Positions 14,564 to 30,018 of a DNA stretch of 64,000 nt are shown here, one piece after another (within the stretch, counting starts at the first letter, position 1; each line of letters begins with the position of its first letter). The notes beneath the pieces were generated by a model. It was not told the origin of the DNA, ran no database searches, and was given only the letters and a program-made list of their open reading frames with translations. The stretch lies in the NCBI RefSeq assembly GCF_009914755.1, contig NC_060932.1, one strand, 5' to 3'. The DNA is from the human T2T-CHM13v2.0 reference genome, Homo sapiens. A program made the position numbers and the translations under genes.

Positions 14564-14697
14564 GGCTGGGCGCGGTGGCTCACGCCTGTAATCCCAGCAC
14601 TTTGGGAGGCTGAGGCGGGCAGATCATGAGGTCAGGAGATCGAGACTATCCTGGATAACACGGTGAAACCCCGTCTCTACTAAAAATAGAAAAAATT
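14564..14697 (+). mobile_element. AluY-type left arm only (3'-truncated)
   Basis: GAGATCGAGACTATCCTGGATAACACGG; ends in the linker with no right arm or TSD. Confidence 0.9.
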
Positions 14698-15191
14698 GAC
14701 AACTGAGTATAAAGCTTAGAAATTTGGCAGTGAATAAAGAGGTAGAATATTTACCAGTCCAACTCTTGGAACCCTTCCCAAAGCATACTCCTAAAGGCTG
14801 AGTGTTTAGCTAACTCTTACAAATGCAAAGATTTATCAGGCCTTCACTGGCTGATTGCAGGTGTTATGCACATGAGGTCATGATTTCAATTCCCACATAA
14901 CACGGTTAACTGTACTTTATTTCATAACCAGCCTACCTTGTCCTACACTGAATTGGTGTTTGTAAGGAGACAGCATGAGGTAGGCCCTGGGAAGGAAGAA
15001 ACACGGGGTTAGAAGCTCCTTTGATTGATCCCCTAGTATATGCCATTAATTTTATAAGAAAGACCAGGTAAAAGAGGAATGATCAATCATTCACTGTAAA
15101 TTCATCACCAATGTGGAAGAAGAGTTTATGTGTATGAAGGACAGTTCATTTCAAATTATAGGATATACGAATAAAATAATACTATCATTAA

Positions 15192-15496
<305 letters not shown>

Positions 15497-15519
15497 AACC
15501 TCTGCATTTCTTATCTAGT

Positions 15520-15610
15520 GCATTCACTCATTTATTCAATAAATATTTATGAAGGGCCTATCACATGCTAAAGTTTATGCAGGAAAGGTCAATTCCTTTT
15601 ATCTAGACAG
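15520..15610 (-). mobile_element. L2 3' end
   Basis: CATTCACTCATTTATTCAATAAATATTTATGAAGGGCCTA. Confidence 0.6.
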
Positions 15611-15649
15611 TGTTATGTGACACAACCTTTAGCAAACAACAAAACCAAT

Positions 15650-15957
15650 TCTCTTAGTCCATATGGGCTTCTATAGCAAAATATCATAAACTGGGTGGTA
15701 TATAATCAACAGAAATATATTCTCACAGTCCAAGAGACTGGGAAGTCCAAGATTAAGGCACCGGCAGATTTGATATCTGGTGAATGTCATCTTTTTACTG
15801 TGTCCTCACCTTGCAAAAGGGCTAAACAAGCTTCCCTGGAGCTTTTGTATAAGGTCACTAGTCCCATTCACCCCTAAAGGAACCACACCTTAATACCATG
15901 ACCTTGAAGATGAGGTTTCAACATGAATTTTGGAGGAGACAGTCAGATCATAGAACC
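15650..15957 (-). mobile_element. MLT1A-like MaLR LTR
   Basis: CTTAGTCC..AAACTGGGTGG..GGGAAGTCCAAGATTAAGGCACCGGCAGATT..TTTCAACATGAATTTTGGAGG. Confidence 0.85.
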
Positions 15958-16054
15958 AACAAAAATCTTAATAGATCATTGGCACTGGGAATGACTTGGG
16001 TCTCTTGCTTGGAGAGTAACTACACTGATATATTAGCAATCTCGAACTCTTGAC

Positions 16055-16336
16055 TTTTTTTTTTTTGAGGCAGAATCTCACTCTCACCCAGGCTTGAGTG
16101 CTTTGGCTCACTGCAACCTCTGCTTCCCAGGTTCAAGTGATTCTCCTGTCTCAGCCTCCCGAGTAGCTGGGGACTACAGATGCGCACCACCATGCCCGGC
16201 TAATTTTTGTATTTTTCGGCGGAGACAGGGTTTTACCGTGTTGCCCAGCTGGTCTCAAACTTCTGACCTCAAGTGATTTGCCTGCCTTGGCCTCCCAGAA
16301 TGCTGGCATTACAGGTGTGAGCCACCGCTCCAGGAC
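16055..16336 (-). mobile_element. AluS with a small internal deletion
   Basis: Dimer; TSD TATATTA(G/T)CAATCTC at 16029-16043 and 16337-16351. Confidence 0.9.
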
Positions 16337-17117
16337 TATATTATCAATCTCTATCCGGTAATTGCTTCCCTGGGAAGAGAGAAAGCCAACTAAAATCAGA
16401 TCGAACGAAAAGGAAAGAAGATTGGATATGAAAACCTACAGAGCCCAACATTCCAGGACATCGGAGAAGCCACTGAAGACAATTTAGAAGGAATGATAGA
16501 AAGGCAACCACTTTTTCTCTTCAAATCAAACCAAGGTTTTGGCATACTAGAAATGAAAAGCAGAGTTCCTCCTTTGTAAGTGCAGCTTGACCAGATCAGA
16601 GATTTGACTTTCCTGGGGGACTTTGTTTCTAGAGATCAGTGTCTCTCTTCTGCTGTATTAGAGATATTTTTCTCCTCCTATTGAGTTCCGGTTGAAATGT
16701 GAACCTCTGACACATTAGTTCCCTGTAGCATGGTCAAGACAAGGTTATTAGATTTCCATAAGACATTCTTAAATTCAGCAGCTTTTTTCAACCTATCCCC
16801 CAGTCAACAGTAATAACATGATGGGTGATATTCACTAGGGCCACAGAGGTAAAAAGCAACTATAGGTACACAGATTAAAATAAATGGTAAAACCTATGTT
16901 ACATGTTAAACTCTATCACAGGCACAAGGAAAAGTAATTTTTGAAAATAAATTAATTTGTTCTATTCAGGCAAATTTCAGGATTTCAGGGACAAAGATGA
17001 CATTCTAAACACACACTCTTGGCTCTTTTTCTCTCTCAGTTTCTCAAAAAAAAATGACAAAATAATGTAATTTAAAAAATTCTATAGATTACTGAAGATT
17101 AGAGAAGGGACTGACTC

Positions 17118-17561
17118 TGTTTGGAGGCAAGTCTCTGTGGGTTTCTTATATTTCTGTATATCTCACAAGCAGAGGCAATAGCCACATTGGTTCTGGACTA
17201 TCTTTTCAAGGATGTTTGTATAGCAAACAGTCTTGGAAGACAGAGATAGTGCCTCCCAACATAACAAATGGCAGGCATTATAAAAGATTCAGATACCCTA
17301 AGCTCAGGGTTCCTCTCTTGTAACTCAACCCACTGCATGTGAAGGAGACACCTGGTTGTCTTCTACTCACTCTGTGAGATCTGAGACTCAGAGAATCAGT
17401 ACAAGATAAAGCAAATGCTCTAGCTACTGCTATTGCTGTAATAAAGTTCTTTGCCTCTGACCCAAGAGTCTCATGTCTTCTGTCAACATCCATGAAACTG
17501 GTAGCTTAACCTGTTAATTTGCAAGTAGAGTAAAATCTCAGACCCTTTATAACTCTTGATA
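17118..17561 (+). mobile_element. ERVL LTR (MER76-like)
   Basis: TG start; TATAAAA and AATAAA; end GTAAAATCTCAGACCCTTTATAACTCTTGA. Confidence 0.7.
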
Positions 17562-18400
17562 ATTTTGCTGACATGGATGGGATGCCAACAGAGACCTGAC
17601 TTTCTGGAAAAGGAAGAATCCTGTGAGCCAATGAATGGGATTTGAGAGAAGTCCGTGGAAAACAGTAGTGAAGATATTGACCACTATTTTTTACTGATGC
17701 CTAATTCTAGCCTGTTTTTAGTTTCTTTAGTTATGTCGGTTCCAGATTTTTTAGTGGAATCATAGTTAGTTAATTTCAATATTTTTAAATAATAAAGGCA
17801 TTAAGTCTATGAGTAAACCATCCCCCAAATCCAGAGAGCAGCATCTCCCCCACTGGGAATGGCCATGGAAGCTCCTGCCACTGGCTCACCAGGGAGGGCA
17901 GAAGGAAAATGGCTAGAGTTTGGTAGGTAGAGATTGCATGAGAAAGGGTTTCCTATAACCTGCTAGCTTATGAGGGACCATCAGAAACCCCAGAAAAGTT
18001 TGTGGGATTCCAGACAGAAGAGACCATTGCTTGGCTTACCGGGATTTAACTGGGGACTCTAAAAGCCTCACCGAGAAGTTCCATATGTATGTGGGCAATG
18101 ACTGGACATGTGGCAAGTAGGCAGGTGGACCTGAGAGCAGTCCCTCAGGACGACATAGAAAGATGAGGGTGCCCTGTCATTCAGGATAGGGTTGAGCATG
18201 GAAGTCCCAGTGGGGTTCTGTTGAGGAGAATGCAGAGCACATAGAATGAGGAACTAGAAACTGTAATAGGACCATGGACATCGGTGGATATACCATAGCA
18301 TGATGCCCAAGATCCAGATGCCTTGCCGTGAGAACCAAGAGCCAGGACAGCAAACAAACCCCAGGGAAACAGCTCCCTTCTGGGGATGAGAGAAGGAGGA
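17562..18400 (+). mobile_element. Probable adjoining ERVL internal leader/gag remnant
   Basis: PBS-like TTTTGCTGACATGGATGGGA directly after the LTR, then purine-rich sequence; no intact ORF. Confidence 0.35.
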
Positions 18401-18699
18401 GAGGGAGGAGGACAATCTTTAATATTCAATTGCCAGTGTTTAAATCCAAACTGACCCTTCTTAGAACCAAAAGCAACAGAGATACTGAGTTGAAATGGGG
18501 ATTTAGGAGAGAAATTAGGTATTGTCATAGACAAGAAGATCAAGTTGCATGTATAAACACCTGAGTTGCAAGTTTTAAACCTGCTGTATCTTAAATGCAT
18601 TCTTAATCCCATCTTCGGATGCCTGTTTTGTCCCCTTTCTCCCTGGCGCCTTCAATGTCGGTCCACTGGCTGCTCTGGATTAGTCATGCCCCTGTGATT

Positions 18700-19020
18700 C
18701 ATTACCGTGCTCACCAAAAATTCCTTTCCATGACCCCTTGATCCCCTTAAACTACCACTGCATTTCTTATCACTCCCACTTGAATTTCCTGTAAACATAC
18801 TTATATCTTTAATTATTTAATTCCTGTTCATTCCTAGAGTCACTATTATTTGGTGTTCGTCACCGCTATCCGACTGGAATTGAGCTTTTAAAGTTCACAT
18901 GCAAAAATCAATCCATAATTCAATCAATCAATCAATCAACTTTTCAGAGTCCCTCCTTTCCCATCTCTCTGTGATATTTATCAGTGTCAATTGAGCTCTC
19001 ACTCTCCTTGAAACTCTTCA
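18700..19020 (+). mobile_element. L2 internal fragment containing an (AATC)n microsatellite
   Basis: Pyrimidine-rich L2-like sequence, ..CTCTCCTTGAAACTCT. Confidence 0.45.
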
Positions 19021-20164
19021 TTTAAAAAATTTTTTCTTATTCTACTTTCTCTTAGATTAAATTCGGCCTGATTCTAACTTTCAGTAGGCTTGGGTAATTT
19101 ATTCGAGACACTGAAGCTTGCCTTTTGGGTTTTACTTATTTAACTGAGATGTTAGATTGAATTGTGCTGTTTATTTTTAAAGATAAACAAACAAATTACC
19201 ATGGCAAAGCCTAGCTGGTGGCCGAGGTACACTGCCACCATACTAAAGAGCTGGTGTCTGGAAGTCTTTTTGTGCATAGTAGGAAAGCACTAAATCACCC
19301 AGTGATTTGTGCTATCTGGCAGAGACCATCTGATTGATGTTGCATACATTTGCATAAATTAGTCTCACGTTTCTTCTTCCTGCTTAATGTTCTCAAAAGG
19401 AAGACTGCCCAGCCTTTGAGAATATTGAAGTCAGAAGGCTGAGCTGCGGTGGCCATCTGACATTGTGGAGTGCTGGCTTGCAATGAACCATGGTAATGAG
19501 TGCAGGGAGAGTACTGCACTCTTGACACAGGGAAGGCTAAACCCTCACTTGCTCCACAGAGGAGACATAATTTCTCTTACTTTTGCAGGGATACCATATA
19601 TTTGGGGATGCTGACAGCTTAACCAACTAAAGACCTCTACTCTCTGATTTGGAAAGGGCATTAGATATAATGCTATTTCTGATTGCTTTTTCTTTTTGTT
19701 TTTAACCATATTTTATAGCCAAATAGAAACAGATGCATTTGCTCCCTGAAATAACTTCAGAAGATGTTTTCTTGAAACACTGCTGGTGAAGTAATGTGGT
19801 TACCCTACAGAAGTGTGGCTTACCAAATGCAAGCACACGGGTAGGGAGGACAAAACCCCCAAAGGAAAAACCCAGAAGGAACAGAAAAACAAAAGAACCA
19901 AACCCCTCGGTATACCCAAATACTTGTTTATATTCATCTCAGAGTATTTTGAAATAAAACATTATCTCCAGAACCTTTTGTGATTTGTGAAAATTTCCTT
20001 AAATTCGAAGTGTAGTGTTTACCTTTTGATAGTGAGTCCAAGTACCTGTTGAAGAGTAGGATAGTGAGAGAAGGATTTAAATTGCACAGGATGCAATAGG
20101 TCCTCAGAATTGCTAACTGTTATTTATTACCTTTTGGTTTTGCTGTAAGAAGTAGTTGGTGACA

Positions 20165-20693
20165 ATATTACTTAAGTATCACCATCTAACAAACCACCCC
20201 AAATCTCAGCAACCTAAAATAATAATTCATTACTACTCATGAGTCTGTGGGCCAACTTGGCAGTTCTGCTGATTTGCACTGGGCTGGCACACATGTCTGT
20301 GGTCAGTGAGTAAGGTGGCTGTGTGCTGGATTGGTTAGGAAAGCTACTATGATATATTCGGCTGTTGGCTGGCTGCCAGCTGGGGCAACAAGATGATAGA
20401 ACCCCTTTGTTCCTCATTATCAGACAGGCTAGCCCAGGGTTGTTTTCACTGTGGCTGGACAGGATTCCAAGAATGAGAGCAGAAGTGAAGCTGAACAGCT
20501 CAGAACTACCTCAACACCATTTCCACTTTAGTCCATTGAAAAAAGCAAACCGCAAGGCCAGCCCAGACTCAGGGAATGGGAAATCAGACTCCACTTCTTG
20601 ATGGGAGGAGCCACAAAGTCACATTGCAAAGGGTGGGGTGGATACAGGGAGAAGAGAAGAAATTAAGGAAAAATTTGCAATCAATATACTACA
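20165..20693 (-). mobile_element. MLT1H-like MaLR LTR
   Basis: AACAAACCACCCCAAATCTCAG..CAAGGCCAGCCCAGACTCA..GACTCCACTTCTTGATGGGAGGAGC..AAAGTCACATTGCAAAGGG. Confidence 0.85.
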
Positions 20694-21314
20694 GGGATAT
20701 CTCTAATAGTTTAATCATTTTTAGAAACTTTGCAGACAGACTTATCCGAGTACTGTGCCCCCAAAGATATGACTGAGCAATTAGATTCACTACAAGAATC
20801 TGATAAGTAACATGCGAAAAATAAACATCTTCAGTGTTTCAGAAGAATATGGCATAAATCTGACTTACGTGTTAAAACAGAGTCTTTACAGAAGGAAGTG
20901 AACATCACGGGTATGCCTTCTGCAAATAAGTATTGGTGAAAACCCATTTACTTTAAGTAGTTTCTCCTTTGAACAATTAAACTCTGGTCATTCTTCACAT
21001 GAACACTGTCTGTTACCTGGGAAGTAGCCTAGAGGTTATCTAGTCTAGTGATTTTTCAATTCTGCTCAGTTCTGTGTGCACTAAAGTTTTCATGGAGGCG
21101 TCCCAGAGACCCCCTTCAGCTGTGGGGAAATGTTGGAGGGGAAGAGGGGGAATGATCTGGGATAAGAAATTCTTGGGCAAGTATGTCAGAGCTCTGAGTC
21201 CTGTACATGAATCCAATTCAACCAGGCTAGGGCTGCCCTTTCCTATTTTGCTTATTGGGTTTTGATAAACGATTTCACTGAAAGTTAATGTTTACACAGC
21301 TTTTGAAAAGGTTG

Positions 21315-22520
21315 GAACTCAACAACTAAAAAACAAACAACCCAATTAAAATATGGGCAAAGTACCTGAATACACATTTTTCCAAAGAAGACATACAATG
21401 GCCAATAAACACATGAAAAGATGTTCAACATTATTAATCATTAGGAAAGTGCTAATCAAAAGCACAGTGAGATACCACCTCATACCCACTAGGATGGCTA
21501 CTACTAAAAAAGCAAAAAGTAACAAGTATTGGTAAGGGTATGGAAAAATTGGTACCCTGTGTACTGTTAGTGGGAATGTAAAATGGTGCTAAGGATAACA
21601 GTATGGCCGTTCTTAAAAAAATTAAAACTAGAATTATCATATTATCCAGCACTTCTCCTTCAGGGTATGTAACAAAAAGAACTGGAAGTAAGGACTCGAG
21701 ATATTTATATACACTTATGTTCATAGTAGCATTATTCACAATAGTCAAGAGGTAGAAGCAAGCCAAATGTCCATGTTGGATGAATGGCCAAACAAAATGT
21801 ATATCCATACAATGGAAAATTATTCAGCCTTAAAAAAGGAAATACTGACACATGTACAAGATAGATGAAGCTTAAAGACCGTATGCTAAGTGAAATAAGC
21901 CAGACATAAAAGGACAAATACTCATGTGAGGTCCCTAAAACAGTCAAATTCATAGACACAGAAAGTAGAATGGTGGTTACCAGGAGATAGAGAAGAAGGG
22001 GGAATGGGGAGTAAGTGCTTAGTGAGTACAATTTCAGTTTTGGAAGATGAAAAAAGTTCTGCAGGTCATTATCCTTAGTGGAATGACTGGAAAATAAAAA
22101 GTAAAACTCATATGTTCTCACTTATAAGTGAAAGATAAACAATGGACACTTGTGAACATAGAGAATGAAGACTCCAAAAGGTGGGAGGGTGAGAGGGTAT
22201 GAGGGATGAAATGATACCTATTGGGTACCATGGACATTATTTGGGTGACGGATGCACTGAAAGCCCAGACTTTACCACTACAGAATATAACCATGTAACA
22301 CAACTGCACTTGTACCCCTAAATCCTTAAAGAAAAGTTTTAAAAAAGGAAAAAACCAAAAAAATTCTAGAGATGGATGATAATGATGATGACAGTACAGC
22401 AATATGAATATGCTTAGTGCCAAATAATGTCGAAGGACTTTTAAGTGGGCTGTACTTGAGTTAAACACCTAAAAATGGTTAAAATGCTAAACCTTCTATA
22501 TTTATATTTTACTTACAATG
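21315..22520 (+). mobile_element. L1MB-type 3' region, with a younger L1PB 3' fragment inserted at about 22065-22358
   Basis: CCAAAGAAGACATACAATGGCCAATAAACACATGAAAAGATG; the insert has AAAGCCCAGACTTTACCACTA..CACTTGTACCCC and TSD-like AAAAAGTTCTG/AAAAAATTCTA. Confidence 0.85.
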
Positions 22521-25497
22521 GAATGAAACAGGTTGGAAAATCTCTGATCAAATCCAAATCCCTCATTTTACATTTGAGAAATGCAGACTTTGCCATTAAA
22601 AAAAAACTCATCAGAGTGGTACATTTGTTACCATGAACCTACATCAAAACCTCATCACTCAAGTTCATGGTTAATTTTAAGGTGTACTGTAGGTGGTGAA
22701 CATTCTGTGGGTTTGGACAAATATGTAATGACATGTAGCCGCAATTATAGTATCATTCAGAGTATTTCCTCTGTGTTCTGCTTATTCATACCTCTATCTC
22801 CCCTAACCCTGGCAGTCACTGATAGTTTCAGTGTCTCCATAGTTTTTCCTTTTCCACAATGTCCTATTGTGGGAGTAATACAGCATGTAGCCATTTCCTA
22901 TTGGCTTCCCTCATTTAGTAACATGCATTTCAGTTTCTTCTGTGTCTTTTCATGACTTGATAGGTCGTTTTTATTTAGTGCTAAATTGTCGGGACATATC
23001 ACAGTTTATCCTACTGAAGGATATCTTGGTTGCTTCCAAGTTTTGCAATTATGAATAAAGCAGCTACAAACATCCCCGTGCAGTTTTTTGTGGACATAGT
23101 TTTCAACTTCTTTGAGTAAATACCAAGGAGTGTGTTTGATGGATTATAAGGTAAGAGTATGTTTAGTTTTGTAAGAAACTGCTAAACAGCCTTCCAAAGT
23201 GGCTGTAACCATTTTGCATTTCCACCATCAAAGAATGAGAGTTCCTGTTGCTCTGTATCCTTGCCAGTATTTTGTGTTGTCAGCGTTCTGGATTTTGGTC
23301 ATTCTAATAGGTGTAAAGTATATCTCACTGTTGTTTTAATTTGCATTTCCCCAATGAAATATGATATCCTTTCACGTTTATTTCCCATCTGTATATCTTT
23401 TTTGGTGAAGTATTGTTAAGGTCTTTGACTTATTTTTAAATTGGGTTGTTTGTTTGTTTTTTTATTGTTGAGTTTTAGGAGTTCTTTGTATATTTTGCAT
23501 AACGGTCCTTTATCAGTATGTCTTGGCAAATATTTTCTCCCAGTGTGTGTCTTATCTTTTCATTTTCACTTGATCTTAGCTAAAAGGCTGAGAAGCAATG
23601 TCTTTTCATTTTCTTGGCAGTGTTTTTCCCAGAGTAGAAATTTTCAATTTTAATGAAGTTCAACATAGCAATTATTTCTTTTATGAATCATGCCTTTTGT
23701 GTTGTATCTAAAATCATCAGCGTAAGGTCATATAGATTTTCTTCTATGTTATCTTTTAGGAATTTTATAGTTCTGTGTTTTACATTTACATCTGTGATCC
23801 ATTTGGAGTGTTGTTGTTGAAGGCATAAGGTCTGTGTCTAGTGTGTCTAGATTCACTTTATTTTCTTTTTTATGCATGTGGCTGTATAGTTGTTTGAACA
23901 CCTTTTGTTGCTTGTCAAAAATCAGTTGACTCTATTTATGTATGTCTGTTTCTGAGCTCTTTATCCTGTTCCATTGATATATTTGTCTATACTTTTACCA
24001 ATATTTGGGTAGTGTCACTCCTCCAACTTTATTTTCTTCCTCAAATATTGTGCTGGTTATTCTGAGTCCTTTCTCTTTCCACATAAACATTAAAATTAGT
24101 TTGTGGATATATGCAAAATAATTTGCTGGGATTTTTATTGAGATTGTATTAAATCTATATATCAAGTTGGGAAGAACTGACATTTTGACAATATTGATTC
24201 TTCCTATCTCTGGGCATGGAATATCCATTCATTTATTTAGTTTTTCTTTCATTTGTTTTCAAAGAGTATAGCTTCCTTCATAAAGATCTTGTACATATTT
24301 TGTTAGATGTATACCAAAGTATTTCATTTTGGGGGGTGCTAACATAAATGGTGTTGTTTTAATTTAAATTCCACTTTATTATTGGTATATAGAAAAGAAA
24401 TGGACTTTTGTATATTAACCTTGCCTCCTGAAAACTTGCTGTGATTTCTTATTAATTAGTTCCAGGAAGTTTTTTTGTTGTTGCTGTTGTCGATTCTTTT
24501 GAATTTTCTACATAGACAATCATATCATCTGTGAACACAGACAGTTTATTTCGTCCTTCCTAATCAGTATATCTTTTCTTTCTTTTTCTTTTCTTGTTAC
24601 ATTAACTAGGACTTCCAGTACAAGTTTGAAAATGAGTGGCGAGGGGGATATCCTTGCCTTGTTCCTGATCTTAGTGGGAAAGCTTCTGGTTTCTCACCAT
24701 TAAGTATAATGTTAGCTGCAGGCTTTTTGTAGGTGCTTTTTATCAAGTTGAGAATGTTTCCCTCTATCCTTAATTACTTGAGAGTTTTTGTCGTGAATGA
24801 GTATTGTGTTTTGTCAAATGCTTTTTCTGTATCTATTAGTAAGATCATATGATCGTTCTAATTTAGCCTGTTGAAGTGATGGATTACATTAATTGATTTT
24901 GGAATATTGAAATAGACTTATATACCTAGGATAAATTTCAATGGGTAATGGTGTATAATTCTTTTTATATATAGTTGGATATGATCTGCTAGAATTTTGT
25001 TGAGGATTTTGCTGTCTATGTTTATGAGAGATATTGGTTTGTAGTTTTCTTATAATGTCTTTGTTGGCTTTTGTATTAGAGTGACGTTAGCTTGGTAGAA
25101 TGAATTAGGAAGTATTCCCTCTGCTTCCACCTTCTGAAAGAGATTACAAATAATTGGCATAATTTTTTCCTTATACTTGTGGTAGAATTCATCAGTGAAT
25201 CCATTTGGGCCTGGACTTTCCTGTTTTGGAAGGTTATTAATTATTGCTTCAATTTTAAAAAATAGATATAGGTCTAATAAGAGTGTCTATTGCCTCTGGT
25301 GTGTGTTTTGGCAGATTATGTCTTTCAAGGAATAAGCCCATTTCATCTACATTGTCAAATTTGTGGGCACAGAGTTGTTTATTATTGTTTACATGTCCAT
25401 GGGATCTGTAGTGATGTCCCTCTTTCATTTCTGATATTAATAATTTCTTTCTTCTTACTCTTTTCTAAGCCTGACTAGAGGCTCATCGTTTTATTGA

Positions 25498-25906
<409 letters not shown>

Positions 25907-26724
25907 TGTTTCCTCTGGATTTAATTTGCTCTTCTTTTTCATGTTTCCTAAGATGGAAGCTTAGATGATTTTTAGATCTTTCTTATTTTAAATGCCATAA
26001 GTTTCTCTCTAAGCATTGCTTTTCCTGCATATCACAAATTTGGCTAAGTTGTGTTTTCATTTTCATTTGGTTCAAAATGTTTTAACATTTCTTTTGAGTT
26101 TTCCTCTTTAAACCATTTTAATTAGAAATGTGTTATTTAAATTCCAAGTATTTTGTGATTTTTCCAGTTATTTTTTGTTATTGATTGCTACTTTAATTCC
26201 TTTGTGCTCTCAGAGCAGGCCCTGTATGATTTTTATTCTTTTTAATTTGTTCAGGTGTGTTTTATGGCCCCGAATGTGGTTTACCTTGGTGAATGTTCCA
26301 GGTGAGCTTCAGAAGACCATGTATCCTGCTCTTGTTGAGTGAAATAGTCTATGGATATCAGTTATACTCAGCTGATTGATTATATTGTTGAGTTCACATG
26401 TGTCCTTACTGACTTTCTCCCTGCTGGATCTTCATTTCTGGTAAAGGAGTGTCTAAGTCTCCAACTATGATAGTGGGTTCATCTGTATCTCCTTGAAGTT
26501 CTATCAATTTTTGCCCAATATATTTTAACACTTTGTTGTTAGGCACATATATGTTAAGAACGTTTATATCTTCTTGGAGAATTGCCTCCTTTATCATTAT
26601 GTAATGCCTCTTTTTATCCATCGTAACTTTCTTTGCTTTGAAGTCTGCTTGTCTGAAAGTAAAATAGCTACTTCTGGCTTCTTTGGGTGAATATTAGCAT
26701 AGTCTTTCTTTCTGCATGATTTAC

Positions 26725-27015
<291 letters not shown>

Positions 27016-29089
27016 ATCATTTACTTTTGATCTATGTGTAAGTTTATATTTGAAGTGGGTCTCTTGTAGGCAATAGATAGTTGGGTATTAATCCATTTTT
27101 GAATCCATTCCAATAATCTCTGTCTTCTAATTGGTGCATTTAGACTACTGACATTTAAAAAGGATTATTGATATAGTTGGATGGATATCTACCACAGACA
27201 CTTCACTTTTTTCCCCTGGCAACTTAACTTGGAGGACTTTCCATATCAATCAGTACATGTAGATCATCCTATGATTATTTTAACAACTGCCTGCTATCCC
27301 ACTATATGGATGTACCACAATTTATTTAACCAGTTCTATGATGACAGGCATTGAGGTCATCAAATCTTTTGCCCTTGTATCTATCTTTTTAGTTGTACCT
27401 CCCCTTCTGGACTGTTAGTGCTTCTGAGGGCATAGACTACAACTTACTCATTGTTGTTCTTTCAGAACTCTGCACAGTGCCCCAGCCTTAATATTACTAC
27501 TTATTAAGGAAACGAATAAATGAATTTAGCAAGCTGGGCCCAGTCACTTTAGATTCTGGTCCTGATTCCCTATGCGTGGGCTTTCTGAGCATGGGTAGGT
27601 CACATCACCTTTCAGGCTTCAGTGTCAACACTGAAGTAAGTAGATAAAATGACACAGTGCTTCTAGCTCTGAACTCCTATGATTCCTAGTGTTAGACTGA
27701 CCTAGGAGCTGATCCCCTTTTCAGTCTCAGGACTTGAGGTGAGGAAAAGTTCCTCTCCTGCTGTTGAATAAAGCCCCATCTTACCTGGGCCACCACTCAG
27801 AGCTTGGTCTGTTCAAAACCTGGTCATTTTCATTTGGGAGTAGACATGAAGGGTTGGCTGGTCCTTTAATCCTCAGGGCCATGTGAGGTGGCTCTGCACT
27901 GGGATGAAGATCTTTCTGTAAGAGGTATTTGCCTGGGCTACAGTGTCTGATACAGAGTTTCACACAGCCTAAGTGCTATTTGCATAAAATGTCCCCATAA
28001 TGCAGGGCATTGTGCCTTTTCTGCAAAGAAAACCCATTAACAAAGGGCCTCACAATGATGGGAAAATGGATGTTAACATTTCTGCCTGACTGATAATCTC
28101 TGATGTTACCCTTGGGAAGCCCCAGCTTTCAGAATGATTTATTTGTCAGGGTTTGGCGTTTTTTTAGTCCCATAATCGGTTATCTGGCAAATGCAGCAGT
28201 GGGCAGTAGCAGGAGGTTCAGTGCTGGAAACAAAATTAAGAGAGTTTTATGTTTTCTGGGGATTTAGTTGTTTCTGTTTTCTGGAGTGAAGTTTTCATTT
28301 CAAACAAAATAGAAAGGGACAAAGAATCAGTAGGCTTTTTTGGGTTTGTTTTGTTGTTCTTTGCATGTCCTTTTTTCTTACTGCCAAACTCTCAAGTTGA
28401 ATATTTGGCCCTCAGGGGTGAAGCTGGGGATGAGGGGTTTTTTTTTTTTTTTTTTTGACATTTCCTGTGATATCTTTGGTTTTATATTTCTTTGTTGTAC
28501 AGAAACCTTATAGTGATATTATTGGAGAATTCGTCAGGTGATATCTTGGCAAGAGGCCAGAGCACAGTCTGTTTTGCTGCACATAACAGGCATTGGGTGG
28601 GAGAGATGCCCAATGGCCAGAACCTTAGAACTCCTTTCTGAGGGAGAATACAGGAGATTATTTGGATTAGTTACCTGCTCGCATTTTCCTCTTGCATTTG
28701 AAAGCATATTACCTCAGTTAAGGTCCCTGTGTGCTTCTATATAATGTCCATACATAGGAAAGCTTTTTTTCCCCACTGGCTTCTCAAAATCCCCCAGTTT
28801 TATGAAATAAATATTACACTTAATGCCTGAACTTTTGAGTCCAGGGTTCATATCAATAACATTAGCAACAGTGCTAATTATGGCCTCTAGTGGCTTCTCA
28901 GAGTTGGACAGAGTCTTTGTTGTATGGACGAAGGTCCACTTACCACTCAACAGATACATTATTTATGGTTGGCATTGAGATAGGTGTTTTGGGGTAGAGC
29001 ATATGGTTTCTTCTCTCACTAGATTTACAATGTAAGAGAAAGAAGAAAAATTAACCATATAAGATAGATCTGAAGTCTGTTTTTGATTA

Positions 29090-30018
<929 letters not shown>

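Noticed and set aside
16394-16582. Stop-free frame (..IGYENLQSPTFQDIGEATEDNLEG..) ending near a GTAAGT donor-like site
   Set aside because: No polypyrimidine acceptor, no recognisable homology, and a length expected by chance
26406-26621. Endonuclease-like ORF
   Set aside because: Fragment of a dead L1 ORF2; flanking frames are broken
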